Assembly: GCA_963776275.1 (NCBI GenBank)
Contig: CAVZMI010000033.1
Span: 1 to 37,174, forward strand
DNA: 37,174 nt
Source: Ignavibacteriota bacterium
GTDB lineage: Bacteria > Bacteroidota > Ignavibacteria > UBA10030 > CAVZMI01
Direction of reading: 5' to 3'
The notes below the pieces were generated by a model. It had not been told where the DNA came from. It saw only the letters and a list, made by a program, of their open reading frames with translations, and ran no database searches. This document shows, piece after piece, positions 20,445 through 31,527 of the stretch. Positions within the stretch are counted from its first letter, which is position 1. Each line of letters starts with the position of its first letter. The translations under genes were made by a program, and so were the position numbers.

Positions 20445-23400
20445 TTAATCCCTAACAGGTTCATTTTCATCTCTATTGATGATTTCCCTTTTAAACCGTT
20501 CTTCAAAAACCGTGTACAATGTCGGCACGAGGAATAGTGTAAGGAACGTCGACACTGTGAGCCCTCCGATCACAGCTATGGCGAGGGGAGCCTGGGCTGA
20601 TTCCCCGCTGAATCCAATCGCGAGAGGAATCAATCCGAGCACCGTCGCCAAAGATGTCATCAGTATTGGTTTCAATCGTGTGCGGCCTGCTTTGACAACA
20701 GCTTCATGGAGCTCAATGCCGCTCGCCCTGAGTCGGTTAGTGTAGTCGACCAGAAGAATTCCGTTGCTCACCACAATACCGACCATCACGATCACTCCCT
20801 GGAATGAATTAACCGAGAGTGTAGTGTGTGTTAGGAACAGCATCCAGAGCACGCCGACGATCCCCAAGGGAACAGTAAACATAATAATGAAGGGATCGAG
20901 CAGCGACTGGAACTGCGATGCCATCACCACATAAACAAGTAGAATTGCCAACGCAAACGCAAGTCCGAGATCCTGGAATGTCTTATTCTGCTGTTCGACA
21001 TTCCCGGTGACTCTCACCTCGAATCCCGCCGGAACGGCTAGCTCATTAATCTTCGTCTGAATTTCAGCTGCAACACTTCCAAGATCGCGGCCGGTTACAT
21101 TCGCGGTCACATCTATAATGCGCTGCTGATACTTTCTGTCGATCTGAACAGGCGACTTTGTCCGCTCGATTTTAGCGACATTTCCGAGAGTTACCAGTTC
21201 GCCAGAGCGTGACGGAAGCTGAAGTTTGAGCAGATCATCGATCTGGGAACGGTAGTCTTCATTCAACCGTACGACAATATCGTACTGATTTCCTGTAATG
21301 GGATCGATATATTGCGATGCCGTGCTTCCGTTGATGCATGTTGTAATCGTGCCCGATATGTCGGCTACATTCACACCGAGTGCACCTGATTTATCTCTGT
21401 CAATCTTAATGCGTAGTTCGGGGAGATTATCGTCGCGCGATACCATGGCATCGGTGGCTCCAGGTGTAGAACGGACGATAGCAAGCACCCTCTGCGCAAG
21501 GGCACTTCCCGCATCGAGATCGAACCCGCGTATTTCCACATCGATAGGGGCGCTCGATCCGAAGTTCAATAAGAACCGGAGAAATCCTCCCGGGTTGATA
21601 AAAACCTGGGCGCCTGGAATTTGCGTCAGCCGCGGTCGAAGCGAATTGGCTATGTCGAAGAGCGACCGGGATCGTTGATCTGCGGGAATCAACGCAACAC
21701 GGACCTGTCCGGCATGACTCCCATTATTCCCGCCAAAACCTCCCCCACCACGCGAAACAGGTACCCCGACATCGGTGATGGTTGCCAGTACTTCCGGAAC
21801 ATTATCCCTGACGATTTTTTCTATCTGTCGCGCAACTTTATCGGTCTCTTCGACACGTGTTCCAACGGGAAGCCTAAAACTCACCGTGAATTGCGCCTCA
21901 TCCTGATCGGGGAAAAATTCTGTCCCGATAAATTTCCATAGACCCAGCGAGATAACGGCGAACCCAAGAATCGAAAGGATGACGAGCCGGCGGTGCGCCA
22001 GTGCCCATCGCAAACGCTCCTGATACCAATTATCAAGAGTCTCCACCAATATGATGGATTTCCCCCGGAGACGTTCGGTCCATTTTTTGGATTCTGGATC
22101 ATATTTCTTTTCCGGCGGGAGATAGCGTAAACACATCAACGGAGTCACAGTCCGGGAAACGAAAAACGATCCGAACAGTGCCACGGCAATAGTGATCGTC
22201 AATGGAATAAAAAGCAATTTCGCAACACCCGTCAGGAAAATTATGGGGAGAAACACGATGACGGTTGTTAACGTTGACACGAAAATTGGTGATGCGACTT
22301 CTTTGGCTGCGGCAAGTGTCGCCTGAAGCTTGGTTTCATCGGTCCTGCGTTGATTGTAGTGTCGTGAAATTGCTTCGAGTTCGACAATGGAGTCGTCGAC
22401 CAGTCTTCCGACCGCGAGAGCCAGTCCCCCGAATGTCATAATGTTCAATGTTATGCCGCTGAAACGGAAGAAAATAAAAGTCACAAAAATAGAAAGCGGG
22501 ATGGCAATAAAAATAATCGTTGTCGCACGGCCATTTCTCAGGAATATAAGCACAACCAGCATTGCCAGTATTGCACCAAAGAGAGCCTCATGTTGAAGAT
22601 TGTTGATCGATTGCCGTATATACTGCGCCTGATCGAATACAAGTTTGATTGTAATACCATCAGGAATACCTGTTAATCTCGGCAGAGCTTTGATCACATT
22701 GTCGACGACCTCGACTGTATTTGAGTTCGAAAGTTTTTGCACTCGAAGCGTGACACCATTCTGGCCATTGACGCGAACTATTTCTGTTTCTTCCTGATAT
22801 GAATCCTCAACCAAGGCGACATCTTTCAGACGGACTGGAACGCCGTTCACCGTCCGGATAACAATATTTTCCATCGGTTTTACGACACTGAACTGACTTT
22901 CGGTCTTGAGTGCATAATCAAACGTACCGGTACGGAGATCACCGGAAGGAACGATAAGATTCGATTGTGCCACCGCCTGCGTTACCGTCTGGATCGGAAG
23001 CTGGAGAGCCTGTAGACGGTTCCGATCGATTGTCACATGAATTTCCCTGATCCGGCCACCGCCTACCGATGCTGACGCGACACCCGGAATATGCTCGATC
23101 TGCGGTTCTATGACATTGTATGCCAGGTCGTACATATCCCTCGGATCAAGATTTCCGGAGACGACAAGCTGGCAGACCGGAAGATTCGTAATATCGAACC
23201 TGAGAACACTCGGTTGCTGGATTCCGTCCGGTAATAAAGTCAGTACACGATTGACACGCTGGATAATGTCGACGAGTCCTACATCCAGATTCGCATCCCA
23301 ATTGAAATTCACACGCACGTATGATACTCCTTCGCGTGTGGATGACTGGACATAATCAACATTATTGACGGAACTGACGGTCCGTTCGATAATCCTCGTT

Positions 23401-23588
23401 ACGCTCTGTTCCATATCGAGCGGCCCGGCGCCAGTGTAATAAGTCACAGTCGTTACCGTTGGAATACTGATATCAGGAAGAAGGTCGATAGGGAGTTGGG
23501 TGAATGAAACCAGACCGAGGACAAGAAGGGTCATCGCGAAAAGAAATGTCGAGATCGGATAGCGTAATGCAAGTCGAGTCAACCACAT
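20445..23588 (-). CDS. RND efflux permease (AcrB/D/F superfamily)
   Basis: 1047 aa; LPIDLLPDI, GRLVDDSIV, NGILLVD, RLKPILMT. Confidence 0.95.
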   Translation of the reverse strand: MWLTRLALRYPISTFLFAMTLLVLGLVSFTQLPIDLLPDISIPTVTTVTYYTGAGPLDMEQSVTRIIERTVSSVNNVDYVQSSTREGVSYVRVNFNWDANLDVGLVDIIQRVNRVLTLLPDGIQQPSVLRFDITNLPVCQLVVSGNLDPRDMYDLAYNVIEPQIEHIPGVASASVGGGRIREIHVTIDRNRLQALQLPIQTVTQAVAQSNLIVPSGDLRTGTFDYALKTESQFSVVKPMENIVIRTVNGVPVRLKDVALVEDSYQEETEIVRVNGQNGVTLRVQKLSNSNTVEVVDNVIKALPRLTGIPDGITIKLVFDQAQYIRQSINNLQHEALFGAILAMLVVLIFLRNGRATTIIFIAIPLSIFVTFIFFRFSGITLNIMTFGGLALAVGRLVDDSIVELEAISRHYNQRRTDETKLQATLAAAKEVASPIFVSTLTTVIVFLPIIFLTGVAKLLFIPLTITIAVALFGSFFVSRTVTPLMCLRYLPPEKKYDPESKKWTERLRGKSIILVETLDNWYQERLRWALAHRRLVILSILGFAVISLGLWKFIGTEFFPDQDEAQFTVSFRLPVGTRVEETDKVARQIEKIVRDNVPEVLATITDVGVPVSRGGGGFGGNNGSHAGQVRVALIPADQRSRSLFDIANSLRPRLTQIPGAQVFINPGGFLRFLLNFGSSAPIDVEIRGFDLDAGSALAQRVLAIVRSTPGATDAMVSRDDNLPELRIKIDRDKSGALGVNVADISGTITTCINGSTASQYIDPITGNQYDIVVRLNEDYRSQIDDLLKLQLPSRSGELVTLGNVAKIERTKSPVQIDRKYQQRIIDVTANVTGRDLGSVAAEIQTKINELAVPAGFEVRVTGNVEQQNKTFQDLGLAFALAILLVYVVMASQFQSLLDPFIIMFTVPLGIVGVLWMLFLTHTTLSVNSFQGVIVMVGIVVSNGILLVDYTNRLRASGIELHEAVVKAGRTRLKPILMTSLATVLGLIPLAIGFSGESAQAPLAIAVIGGLTVSTFLTLFLVPTLYTVFEERFKREIINRDENEPVRD

Positions 23589-23606
23589 AATATTGTTCTC
23601 CCCCTA

Positions 23607-24656
23607 TTACCCTTGAACCTTGACATCGGCATCATTCCGGACCTGATTCTGACCGAGCACGATTACCTGTTCGTTTCCTTGCAGACCGCTGACGACTTCG
23701 AAATGATTATCTTGTTCCACTCCAAGAATTACGGGAGTCCGCTTCGCCTTACCATTCACTACCAGGAATACATACGATCCTGTATTGTCTTTCATCACAG
23801 CCTGGGTGGGAACCACAATGCAATTGGGTCGTTCACCGGCAATAATACTGACGCTGGCAAACATCCCCGGTTTTAGTTGATGCGATGGATTTGCTACATC
23901 TATTTCAGCCTCCATAGTTCGTGTCGCAAGATCGAGTGCTTGACTCACACGACGAACAACACCTTCAAATTCTCTCCCCGGTAAAGCATCAAATAATACC
24001 ACCGCTCGTCGTATGGAGGGGAGTTTCGGAATATCTTTTTCGAGCACGTTCACAATAATCTTTACCCGGTTGATATCCATCAATGTAAATAATTGTGAAT
24101 TATTCTGTATGACAACCCCGCCGGCATCGAGGAACCTTTTTGTGATGATTCCGCTGAACGGAGCGGTAACATGTGCATATCCGAGCCGGGTGACCGCAGT
24201 AACATAATTTGCTTCCGCAGTCCGCAGGGTCACTTCAGCATTATCGACATCTTGTTGCGCGATAAGATGCTGTTCGATGAGGTTTTTTGCACGCTCATAA
24301 TTCAATTTTGCATTGAGATATGTCGCTTTTGTTTGAAGAACTGTTTGGGCAAGTTCGATTGTATCAATCAGAGCTAAGATACCTCCCGACTTGACAGCAT
24401 CTCCCATATTCACGTATGTCTGGTCGAGTGTGCCCGACACCTTTGCATATAATGTTGCCTGCTGATAGGCGGTCACATCGCCATTCAGAGTGATCCTATC
24501 GACCAGATTCATTCGATGGACTTTCTCGACTTGAACCGTGAGAATGTTGCCCCGCCGCGGATCGGCAGGAGCATTTGAAACGATGCGAAGAGCAATGATA
24601 CCGACAAATGCGATAGCGATAATCACTGCAATGACTATCCATCTTTTGTGTTTCAT
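23607..24656 (-). CDS. RND periplasmic adaptor subunit
   Basis: N-terminal TM, LYAKVSG, VTAPFSGII, ATRT, LKPGMF. Confidence 0.92.
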   Translation of the reverse strand: MKHKRWIVIAVIIAIAFVGIIALRIVSNAPADPRRGNILTVQVEKVHRMNLVDRITLNGDVTAYQQATLYAKVSGTLDQTYVNMGDAVKSGGILALIDTIELAQTVLQTKATYLNAKLNYERAKNLIEQHLIAQQDVDNAEVTLRTAEANYVTAVTRLGYAHVTAPFSGIITKRFLDAGGVVIQNNSQLFTLMDINRVKIIVNVLEKDIPKLPSIRRAVVLFDALPGREFEGVVRRVSQALDLATRTMEAEIDVANPSHQLKPGMFASVSIIAGERPNCIVVPTQAVMKDNTGSYVFLVVNGKAKRTPVILGVEQDNHFEVVSGLQGNEQVIVLGQNQVRNDADVKVQG

Positions 24657-24658
24657 GC

Positions 24659-25042
24659 CTATTGTATGTTCCCTTTCTCTTTCTCGCGTTGTTGATCAAG
24701 TTCTTTTACAAACACTTCAAATCGCGCTTTTTGTTCCTCGGTTAATATTTGTCGAATGCTATCGCGGGTTTCTTCCCTCATATTGCGGTATTGGATGGAC
24801 ATCTGATCCCGGAAAGCATTGAACGGCGTCTTCCGCTTTTGTAGTAATGAATCAAGCCGGAGCTGTTGCACATCCGTCAGAGAGAGACGTTCCCGAAGAT
24901 CGGTCTTAAGCCGTTGGAAACCAGATCGTGCGACTTTTTGTGTCGGTGACACGGGGATCAAACGGAATCCGAAATATCCGACTACAGCCCCCAGAAGAAA
25001 ACTGACAATGATAGTCAGCAGGGCTTTTTTTGTTGAAGTCAT
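24659..25042 (-). CDS. Spy/CpxP-like LTxxQ periplasmic protein
   Basis: N-terminal TM; LSLTDVQ and LTEEQ motifs. Confidence 0.7.
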   Translation of the reverse strand: MTSTKKALLTIIVSFLLGAVVGYFGFRLIPVSPTQKVARSGFQRLKTDLRERLSLTDVQQLRLDSLLQKRKTPFNAFRDQMSIQYRNMREETRDSIRQILTEEQKARFEVFVKELDQQREKEKGNIQ

Positions 25043-25503
25043 TCTTCTCTCCCTTCCTGAGTCATCGCGAGTACAAAAATCTCTTCGGTTGTAAAAGCCT
25101 TCTTTTGTGTCAGAACGCGTTGTTCCGACGACGTTCGCTGACCAAGATAATAATCATCGGAAGAGTACGCCTCTTCGCCCGACCGGAAGAGAAAGATGAG
25201 AAATAGGAACACCGCAAGGAATGAAAATAGAGGTAAAAGCTTCTTTGCTTCATATACCCATGGATCGATTGGATTTGTTTCTTCTTTCAATCGTCCGTGA
25301 AGCCGTGTCATGAAAAATGACGGAATCGCGGCATCTCCATGCTCTGAGACCAGAAGGCGGAGGTTCTGCAGTTCTTGAAGTGCCGCCCGACATTCTTTGC
25401 ATTTTTCACAATGGTGTTCAAACGACTTCTTTTCATGCGATGAGAGTTTTTCATCGACATATGCTGAAGCCATTTCGAGGTATTGAGTGTGGTTCCGTTT
25501 CAT
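25039..25503 (-). CDS. Zinc-finger (ZAS/zf-HC2) membrane anti-sigma factor
   Basis: SAYVD...HCEKCKEC (HxxxCxxC), one TM, directly after the ECF sigma gene. Confidence 0.88.
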   Translation of the reverse strand: MKRNHTQYLEMASAYVDEKLSSHEKKSFEHHCEKCKECRAALQELQNLRLLVSEHGDAAIPSFFMTRLHGRLKEETNPIDPWVYEAKKLLPLFSFLAVFLFLIFLFRSGEEAYSSDDYYLGQRTSSEQRVLTQKKAFTTEEIFVLAMTQEGREE

Positions 25504-25510
25504 AAATTTA

Positions 25511-26116
25511 TCATATATACTTTAACAAATGTTCACGTAATTTCATTCGCGCATAGAATAATCTTGATTTCACAGTACCAATCCTACACCGGAGAATTTT
25601 CGCAATCTCATCATAAGATAAATCGTTGATATCCCGCAACGTCACAACCGTTCGGTACGGTTCGGGAAGGCCGGCAATAGCTTCGTGGACAAGTATTTTC
25701 ATCTCATTCCGCCCAATCCTCTCCTCAACTCCTTCCTCTGCCTTCGCCGCCGTAATTTCCTCGAGCCGCCCGTCGTCCAGTTCTCCCATACGAAGGAATC
25801 GATGCCTCTTCTGCCGCCGGATTTCATCTATACATACATTCACCGTAATGCGGTACAACCAGGTCGAAAACGTAGACCGTTCCTTGTAAGACGGCAGCGC
25901 ATGATACACTTTTATGAAAATATCCTGCGCAAGATCGTCGGCGTTCCCTATCTTTCCCATAGTATGGTAAATAATATTGAAGACACCTTGCTGATGCCGC
26001 TCGACAAGGAGATCGAACGCCCGTGTATCCCCCGTCTTAAAACGGTGAATCAGTCGAATATCTTCATCGGCGTATCGGACAGATACGTTTGACGTTACCC
26101 GCAGATAAAAGTTCAT
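25511..26116 (-). CDS. ECF sigma factor (start uncertain)
   Basis: Region 2 DDLAQDIF...FSTWLYRI; region 4 LSYDEIA...GTVKSRLFYAR. Confidence 0.93.
   Translation of the reverse strand: MNFYLRVTSNVSVRYADEDIRLIHRFKTGDTRAFDLLVERHQQGVFNIIYHTMGKIGNADDLAQDIFIKVYHALPSYKERSTFSTWLYRITVNVCIDEIRRQKRHRFLRMGELDDGRLEEITAAKAEEGVEERIGRNEMKILVHEAIAGLPEPYRTVVTLRDINDLSYDEIAKILRCRIGTVKSRLFYARMKLREHLLKYI
26088..26114 (-). promoter_or_regulatory. ECF-type (probably autoregulatory) promoter
   Basis: GAACTT-N16-TCAAA on the minus strand, also readable as AAC-N16-CGTC. Confidence 0.7.
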
Positions 26117-26139
26117 TAATTGATTGCTATAAAAATACG

Positions 26140-26170
26140 AAAAGCCACCGTTCGAATCATGATGGCTTTT
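26140..26170 (-). terminator. Terminator after the acyl-CoA synthetase gene
   Basis: AAAAGCCA...TGGCTTTT inverted repeat. Confidence 0.65.
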
Positions 26171-26199
26171 CTGAAAGGGTTTTCTAGACCGGCGTAATT

Positions 26200-28023
26200 T
26201 TATTCAAAACCACTGTACATTTTTTCAATAATATCCCGATATCTTTCCTCGATAGCCTTTCGCTTTACCTTCATTGTCGGTGTAATCTCTCCATCCTCGA
26301 TCGTCAGCTTCTTCTGCAGAAGCATGAACTTCCGGACCCGTTCGTAATTTGCCAGGTCCTTTTGAATCGTGCCGATATCTTTCTCGATGGCCTTATAAAT
26401 ATCCGGATGGTCGATGAGATCTTGAATATCGTTGTACGGGATTTTATGAGTATCGGCATATTCACGTATCGCATCGAAATCCGGCACGATCAGCGCGCTT
26501 AAGAACATCCTGCGATCGCCGATCAGGACGAATTGATCGATGAATTTACTCTGCATAAACATATTCTCAATTGGTTGGGGTGCAATATTCTTACCGCCGG
26601 AACTGACGAACAAATGTTTCTTGCGATCGGTGATCATCAGGAAACCCGCCGCATCAAAAACACCGATATCTCCTGTATGGAGCCATCCGTCGCTGTCGAT
26701 TATTTCCCGGGTGGCTTCTTTATTATTCCAATATCCGATCATCACATGCGGACCGCGCGTGAGAATCTCACCGTCGTTTGCGATACGGACTTCAATTCCG
26801 GGGATCGGCTTTCCAACCGTTCCGAATTTGTAATCATCATATCTATTGATAGTAATGACCGGTGATGTCTCCGATAAACCGTATCCTTCAAGTATTTTAA
26901 TACCGATGGCTTCAAAAAACTCACCCAGGTCACGCGACAGCGCCGCTCCTCCGGAAACAAAGAATTTCATGTTACCTCCTGTTCGAGAACGGATCTTTTC
27001 GAACACCAATTTATCGGCAAGGAGGTGTTTTATTTTCAATGATGGACCGAGCATGCGATGACGGCGTGCTTCGGCATATTTTCTCCCGACATCAATCGCC
27101 CAGTTGAATATCTTTTGTTTTTTCGGAGGGCCTGCCTCGACGGAACGTTTGATCTTGCCGTAAATACGCTCGAAGAGCCGCGGCACGGTCGTTATGATAG
27201 TAGGCTTCACTTCGAGCATATTCTCTGCAACTTTATCGACACTCTCGGCAAACGCAACCGTCGCTCCGCAGGCAAATCCGAGCGTATACCCCCCGATACG
27301 TTCAAACGAGTGACACAACGGCAGGAATGAGAGGAGGACATCCGTTTGGTCAATCGGAATATTCTGGACTGCCGACGTGGCATCAAACACAATATTATGA
27401 TGTGAAAGCATTACTCCCTTGGGATTGCCCGTTGTACCCGACGTATAAATAATTGTCGCCACATCGGAGGGTTTGATCTGATGAAGCGAATGTTCGATGT
27501 AGGATGGATTTTCCCGGCTGAACGACTCTCCCATCCGGAGAACATCGGTGAAGAGTAAAACATTATTATCGGGATTCTCAACACGATCGGCCATTACAAT
27601 TATTTTTTTCAAAGAACGCACGTCAGATCGACATTTCAACACCTTATTCAACTGAAACTGATTCGAAACAACTGCAATTTTCACGACCGCATCATTGAAG
27701 ATGAATTCAATCTGCCTGGATGTGAGAGTGGGATAAATCGGGCAATCGATCGCTCCGATGACCATCATCGCTATGTCGGCAATAATCCATTCAGATCGAT
27801 TCTCGGAGATAATGCTCAAATGATCGCCGCGGCGGATGCCGAGCGAAGCCAACCCCATGGCGAATAATTCGACATCCTGCCGGAATTGTGAGTACGATAT
27901 ATCTACGTACTTATCCTCAACCTTCTGCCTATAGACCGGACGATTCGTCGATGCGAACTTTTTTGTCACTCTATCGAACATCTCCGTCAATGTCGAAAAT
28001 GGCACGGCAACCGACATGTGCAC
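26200..28023 (-). CDS. Long-chain fatty acid-CoA ligase (FAA1/FadD15-like)
   Basis: [41 protein letters not shown]. Confidence 0.93.
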   Translation of the reverse strand: MHMSVAVPFSTLTEMFDRVTKKFASTNRPVYRQKVEDKYVDISYSQFRQDVELFAMGLASLGIRRGDHLSIISENRSEWIIADIAMMVIGAIDCPIYPTLTSRQIEFIFNDAVVKIAVVSNQFQLNKVLKCRSDVRSLKKIIVMADRVENPDNNVLLFTDVLRMGESFSRENPSYIEHSLHQIKPSDVATIIYTSGTTGNPKGVMLSHHNIVFDATSAVQNIPIDQTDVLLSFLPLCHSFERIGGYTLGFACGATVAFAESVDKVAENMLEVKPTIITTVPRLFERIYGKIKRSVEAGPPKKQKIFNWAIDVGRKYAEARRHRMLGPSLKIKHLLADKLVFEKIRSRTGGNMKFFVSGGAALSRDLGEFFEAIGIKILEGYGLSETSPVITINRYDDYKFGTVGKPIPGIEVRIANDGEILTRGPHVMIGYWNNKEATREIIDSDGWLHTGDIGVFDAAGFLMITDRKKHLFVSSGGKNIAPQPIENMFMQSKFIDQFVLIGDRRMFLSALIVPDFDAIREYADTHKIPYNDIQDLIDHPDIYKAIEKDIGTIQKDLANYERVRKFMLLQKKLTIEDGEITPTMKVKRKAIEERYRDIIEKMYSGFE

Positions 28024-28161
28024 CTCCCATGGATAAGTATGTCAGCATTTCCTGAAATTTATAAAAAGTACATTACTCCAGAAAGAAAATCAAGCGATTT
28101 TTATTGTTTTTCTGGGAATATGTTTGTATTCTTTTATGAATATAGAAATTCCATATACTAT

Positions 28162-29352
28162 ATGCTCGAAAAGGTACAGGCCCCTTTGATAGCGAAGCTC
28201 GCGCTCGAAAACGGCGCTGTTTTTCGTGGGACTTCTTTCGGCGCTTCGGGCGAAGTTCTGGGGGAAGTTGTTTTCAATACAAGTATCACAGGCTATCAAG
28301 AAATTCTTACAGATCCTTCCTACTGTGGTCAAATTGTTACGATGACCTATCCGCTCATCGGGAACTATGGAGTAAATCCTGAGGATATTGAATCTATCAA
28401 ACCGCAGGTTACCGGTTTCGTCGTGAAAGAATACCTCGAATCATACAGCAATTTTCGCGCGTCAGAAAGTCTAGGTTCATATCTCAAACGTCACAACATA
28501 GTTGCAATCGAAGGCATCGATACGCGAATGCTTACAAAAATGATCCGCACGGTTGGCGCGCTCCGGGGAATCCTTTCGACGACAGATCTCAACAACGAGA
28601 GTCTGATTTTAAAAGCACGCCGTTCTCCATCGATGGCAGGACGAGACCTCGCATCGGTCGTGACATGCACTAAACGGTATTCGTGGAACTCAATCGACCA
28701 GACTCAATTTGCACTCCACCCGACACTCGCAGTAAATCTGCAGCACCCGTTCAAAGTTATTGTGTATGATTTCGGAGTCAAGCACAACATTCTGCGGAGA
28801 TTAGTGACGTACGGATGCGAACTGACAGTTGTTCCCGCACAAACACCTGCCGACGATGTGCTGTCGTTGAATCCTGACGGTATTTTCCTCTCCAATGGCC
28901 CTGGCGATCCCGAGGCCGTTACATATGCCATCACAACGGTGAAAAATCTTATAGGCAAAAAACCAATATTCGGCATCTGCCTGGGCCATCAAATTCTGGC
29001 ACTTGCTCTCGGCGGCCGGACATACAAGCTCAAATTCGGTCATCGCGGAGCCAATCATCCTGTGAAAAACCTCATCACAGGTGAGATTGAAATAACATCA
29101 CAAAATCATGGTTTCGCTGTCGAATGGGATTCCATGGATAGCAACACCGTCACATTAACGCACCTCAATCTTAACGATAACACTGTCGAGGGATTCCGTC
29201 ATAAAGAACTTCCTCTATTTTGTGTTCAATATCATCCTGAGGCGTCGCCTGGTCCGCACGACAGCGACTACCTCTTCGGCGAATTTATCACACTAATGGC
29301 TGACCGCCATTCCAAGCCACTTTCTTCAATTCGAAAAGGGATCACCGTATGA
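28162..29352 (+). CDS. carA: Carbamoyl-phosphate synthase small subunit
   Basis: [45 protein letters not shown]; start reassigned to ATG 28162. Confidence 0.96.
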   Translation: MLEKVQAPLIAKLALENGAVFRGTSFGASGEVLGEVVFNTSITGYQEILTDPSYCGQIVTMTYPLIGNYGVNPEDIESIKPQVTGFVVKEYLESYSNFRASESLGSYLKRHNIVAIEGIDTRMLTKMIRTVGALRGILSTTDLNNESLILKARRSPSMAGRDLASVVTCTKRYSWNSIDQTQFALHPTLAVNLQHPFKVIVYDFGVKHNILRRLVTYGCELTVVPAQTPADDVLSLNPDGIFLSNGPGDPEAVTYAITTVKNLIGKKPIFGICLGHQILALALGGRTYKLKFGHRGANHPVKNLITGEIEITSQNHGFAVEWDSMDSNTVTLTHLNLNDNTVEGFRHKELPLFCVQYHPEASPGPHDSDYLFGEFITLMADRHSKPLSSIRKGITV

Positions 29353-29960
29353 GAATTATACCACGGGAAGAAAAATTCTTCGATTTATTCAAAGCGATCG
29401 CAGCAAACATCGATGCGGCGGCTATCCATACTGCCAAAATGCTGGATAAATTTGATAATGTACAGGAGGATTCTCTCGTTATCCGAAGTCTCGAGCATCG
29501 CGGCGATGAGATGACCCATAATATTGTGAGCGAACTCAATAAAACTTTCATCACTCCCTTCGACCGCGAAGACATCCATAACCTTGCCACGACACTCGAC
29601 GACATACTCGATCTTGTCGATGCTGTTGCTAACCGAATAGTGCTGTTCAAATTACCGCCGGCGATAAAATATGCCAAGCAGCTTGCCGATATAATCTGCC
29701 TTCAGACAAAAGAATTGGTAAAGGCCATCGATGGTTTAAAAAAATACGACCAGGTGATGCAGCATTGCATCGATATCCGACGCCTGGAAACCGAGGGAGA
29801 CCGAATTTATCACATTGCCATAGCGGATTTGTTTGAAAATGAGAGAGATGCCATTGCATTAATCAAACAAAAAGAAATTCTCGAGACACTCGAACAGGCA
29901 ATTGATAAATGTCAGACGGTGACCACAGTTCTCGAATCAATCATCGTCAAGAATGCATAA
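29349..29960 (+). CDS. DUF47 (PhoU-like) phosphate transport regulator
   Basis: [24 protein letters not shown]; precedes the PiT gene. Confidence 0.92.
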   Translation: MRIIPREEKFFDLFKAIAANIDAAAIHTAKMLDKFDNVQEDSLVIRSLEHRGDEMTHNIVSELNKTFITPFDREDIHNLATTLDDILDLVDAVANRIVLFKLPPAIKYAKQLADIICLQTKELVKAIDGLKKYDQVMQHCIDIRRLETEGDRIYHIAIADLFENERDAIALIKQKEILETLEQAIDKCQTVTTVLESIIVKNA

Positions 29961-29987
29961 TGTCGTCTGCATAAAGGAAGATTATCG

Positions 29988-30977
29988 ATGCTCGAACTGA
30001 CCATTTTTGTAATCCTTATTGCACTCGTGTTCGACTTTTTGAATGGCTTTCATGATGCTGCAAATTCCATTGCAACGGTTGTCTCGACACGGGTTCTTAC
30101 ACCGCATCAGGCCGTTGCATGGGCCGCATTTTTCAATTTTGTAGCGGCATTCGGGTTTGGCGTCGGCGTAGCAAAGACAATCGGTAGTGGAATGATCGAT
30201 ATCAATGTTGTCGATATTCACGTGATCATGGCGGGACTATTCAGCGCAATCGCATGGGACATCATCACTTGGTATTACGGATTACCAACAAGTTCGTCAC
30301 ATGCACTCATCGGCGGATATGCCGGAGCGGCAATCGTAAAAGCAGGCTGGGGAGTAATTATTTTTTCCGGATGGACTAAAACTCTCATTTTTATTGTTAT
30401 TGCACCGATGCTGGGACTCGTTCTCGGGTACACTATTCAGGTTATCGTATATCATCTTATGAAGAAAAAAACACCGAGTAAAGTCGATAAACTATTCAGG
30501 CGGCTTCAGTTAGTTTCAGCGGGATTCTATAGTCTTGGTCACGGAACGAACGACGCCCAGAAGACAATGGGGGTTATAGCTGGCGTTTTACTGAGTGCCG
30601 GATACCTTAAAGAATTTTCTATTCCATTCTGGGTTATATTAATGTGTCATCTGGCGATCGGACTTGGAACGTTATTCGGCGGTTGGCGCATAGTGAAAAC
30701 AATGGGGATGAAGATTACGAAGCTGCGTCCGGTCGGCGGTTTCTGTGCTGAGACCGCAGGAGCAATCACCCTGATTGGTACAGCAGTATGGGGAATTCCT
30801 GTAAGTACAACTCATACGATTACAGGGGCCATTATGGGGGTCGGGGCCACACGGCGCCTGTCCGCAGTCCGCTGGGGTGTTGCGACCCGTATTATCTGGT
30901 CATGGATTCTCACCATACCGATCTCCGGCCTTATTGCAGTTCTTTGTTATTATCTCCTCTCAGCGTTTTTTAAATAA
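29988..30977 (+). CDS. PiT-family inorganic phosphate transporter
   Basis: NGFHDAANSIAT, PTSSSHA, HGTNDAQK, PVSTTH. Confidence 0.95.
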   Translation: MLELTIFVILIALVFDFLNGFHDAANSIATVVSTRVLTPHQAVAWAAFFNFVAAFGFGVGVAKTIGSGMIDINVVDIHVIMAGLFSAIAWDIITWYYGLPTSSSHALIGGYAGAAIVKAGWGVIIFSGWTKTLIFIVIAPMLGLVLGYTIQVIVYHLMKKKTPSKVDKLFRRLQLVSAGFYSLGHGTNDAQKTMGVIAGVLLSAGYLKEFSIPFWVILMCHLAIGLGTLFGGWRIVKTMGMKITKLRPVGGFCAETAGAITLIGTAVWGIPVSTTHTITGAIMGVGATRRLSAVRWGVATRIIWSWILTIPISGLIAVLCYYLLSAFFK

Positions 30978-31067
30978 AGCTCATATAAAATATATCGATT
31001 GTACTCAGTTGATTTTTTGATGATTTTTAGACATTTTATTGCATAATACGTTTATTCAACAATTTTC

Positions 31068-31364
31068 ATGATTATGCCGTACAATAGTTACATTAAGAGA
31101 AATGACCAGCGGCCAAAGATTGTACAGCGATTTTCAGTGACTGTCGAGGGGAAAACTTTTGTTCGTAATTCGCCTATGTTCTATTCACACGCCGTTGTAG
31201 GACATAGAGAATCGGGACCGTTGGAAGTCCTGAAGTGGTGTAATTCTCTCAGTCAGGCAAACAAAGCGGTCGAGCTCCACCTCAATGCCCATTATCATGA
31301 CGTCAGGGTAATGGAAGTAACAGCATCGCCGTACGTCAAAGAAAACTTGCCAGATAAAAAATAA
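31068..31364 (+). CDS. Small hypothetical protein
   Basis: 98-aa ORF filling the intergenic gap, protein-like composition, no family recognised. Confidence 0.55.
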   Translation: MIMPYNSYIKRNDQRPKIVQRFSVTVEGKTFVRNSPMFYSHAVVGHRESGPLEVLKWCNSLSQANKAVELHLNAHYHDVRVMEVTASPYVKENLPDKK

Positions 31365-31471
31365 CTTCTGGGCATGGTTGCTGCAATATCCCCTGTTTTT
31401 CTAAATAGCCGACATACTGTCAGGAGTGCATTTCTGTCTCGCTAAAAACAACCAGATTATCTTATGCAGCA

Positions 31472-31511
31472 AAGCCCCATCCCGCGTCAAGCGTGATGGG
31501 GCTTCGTTTTT
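31472..31511. terminator. Terminator / REP-like palindrome between convergent genes
   Basis: AAGCCCCATC...GATGGGGCTT stem; shares the CCCATCCCG arm with the 13455 element. Confidence 0.7.
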
Positions 31512-31527
31512 GAACAGTGAAATATTT

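Noticed and set aside
28018-28161. N-terminal extension of CarA
   Set aside because: AT-rich divergent promoter region overlapping the acyl-CoA ligase start
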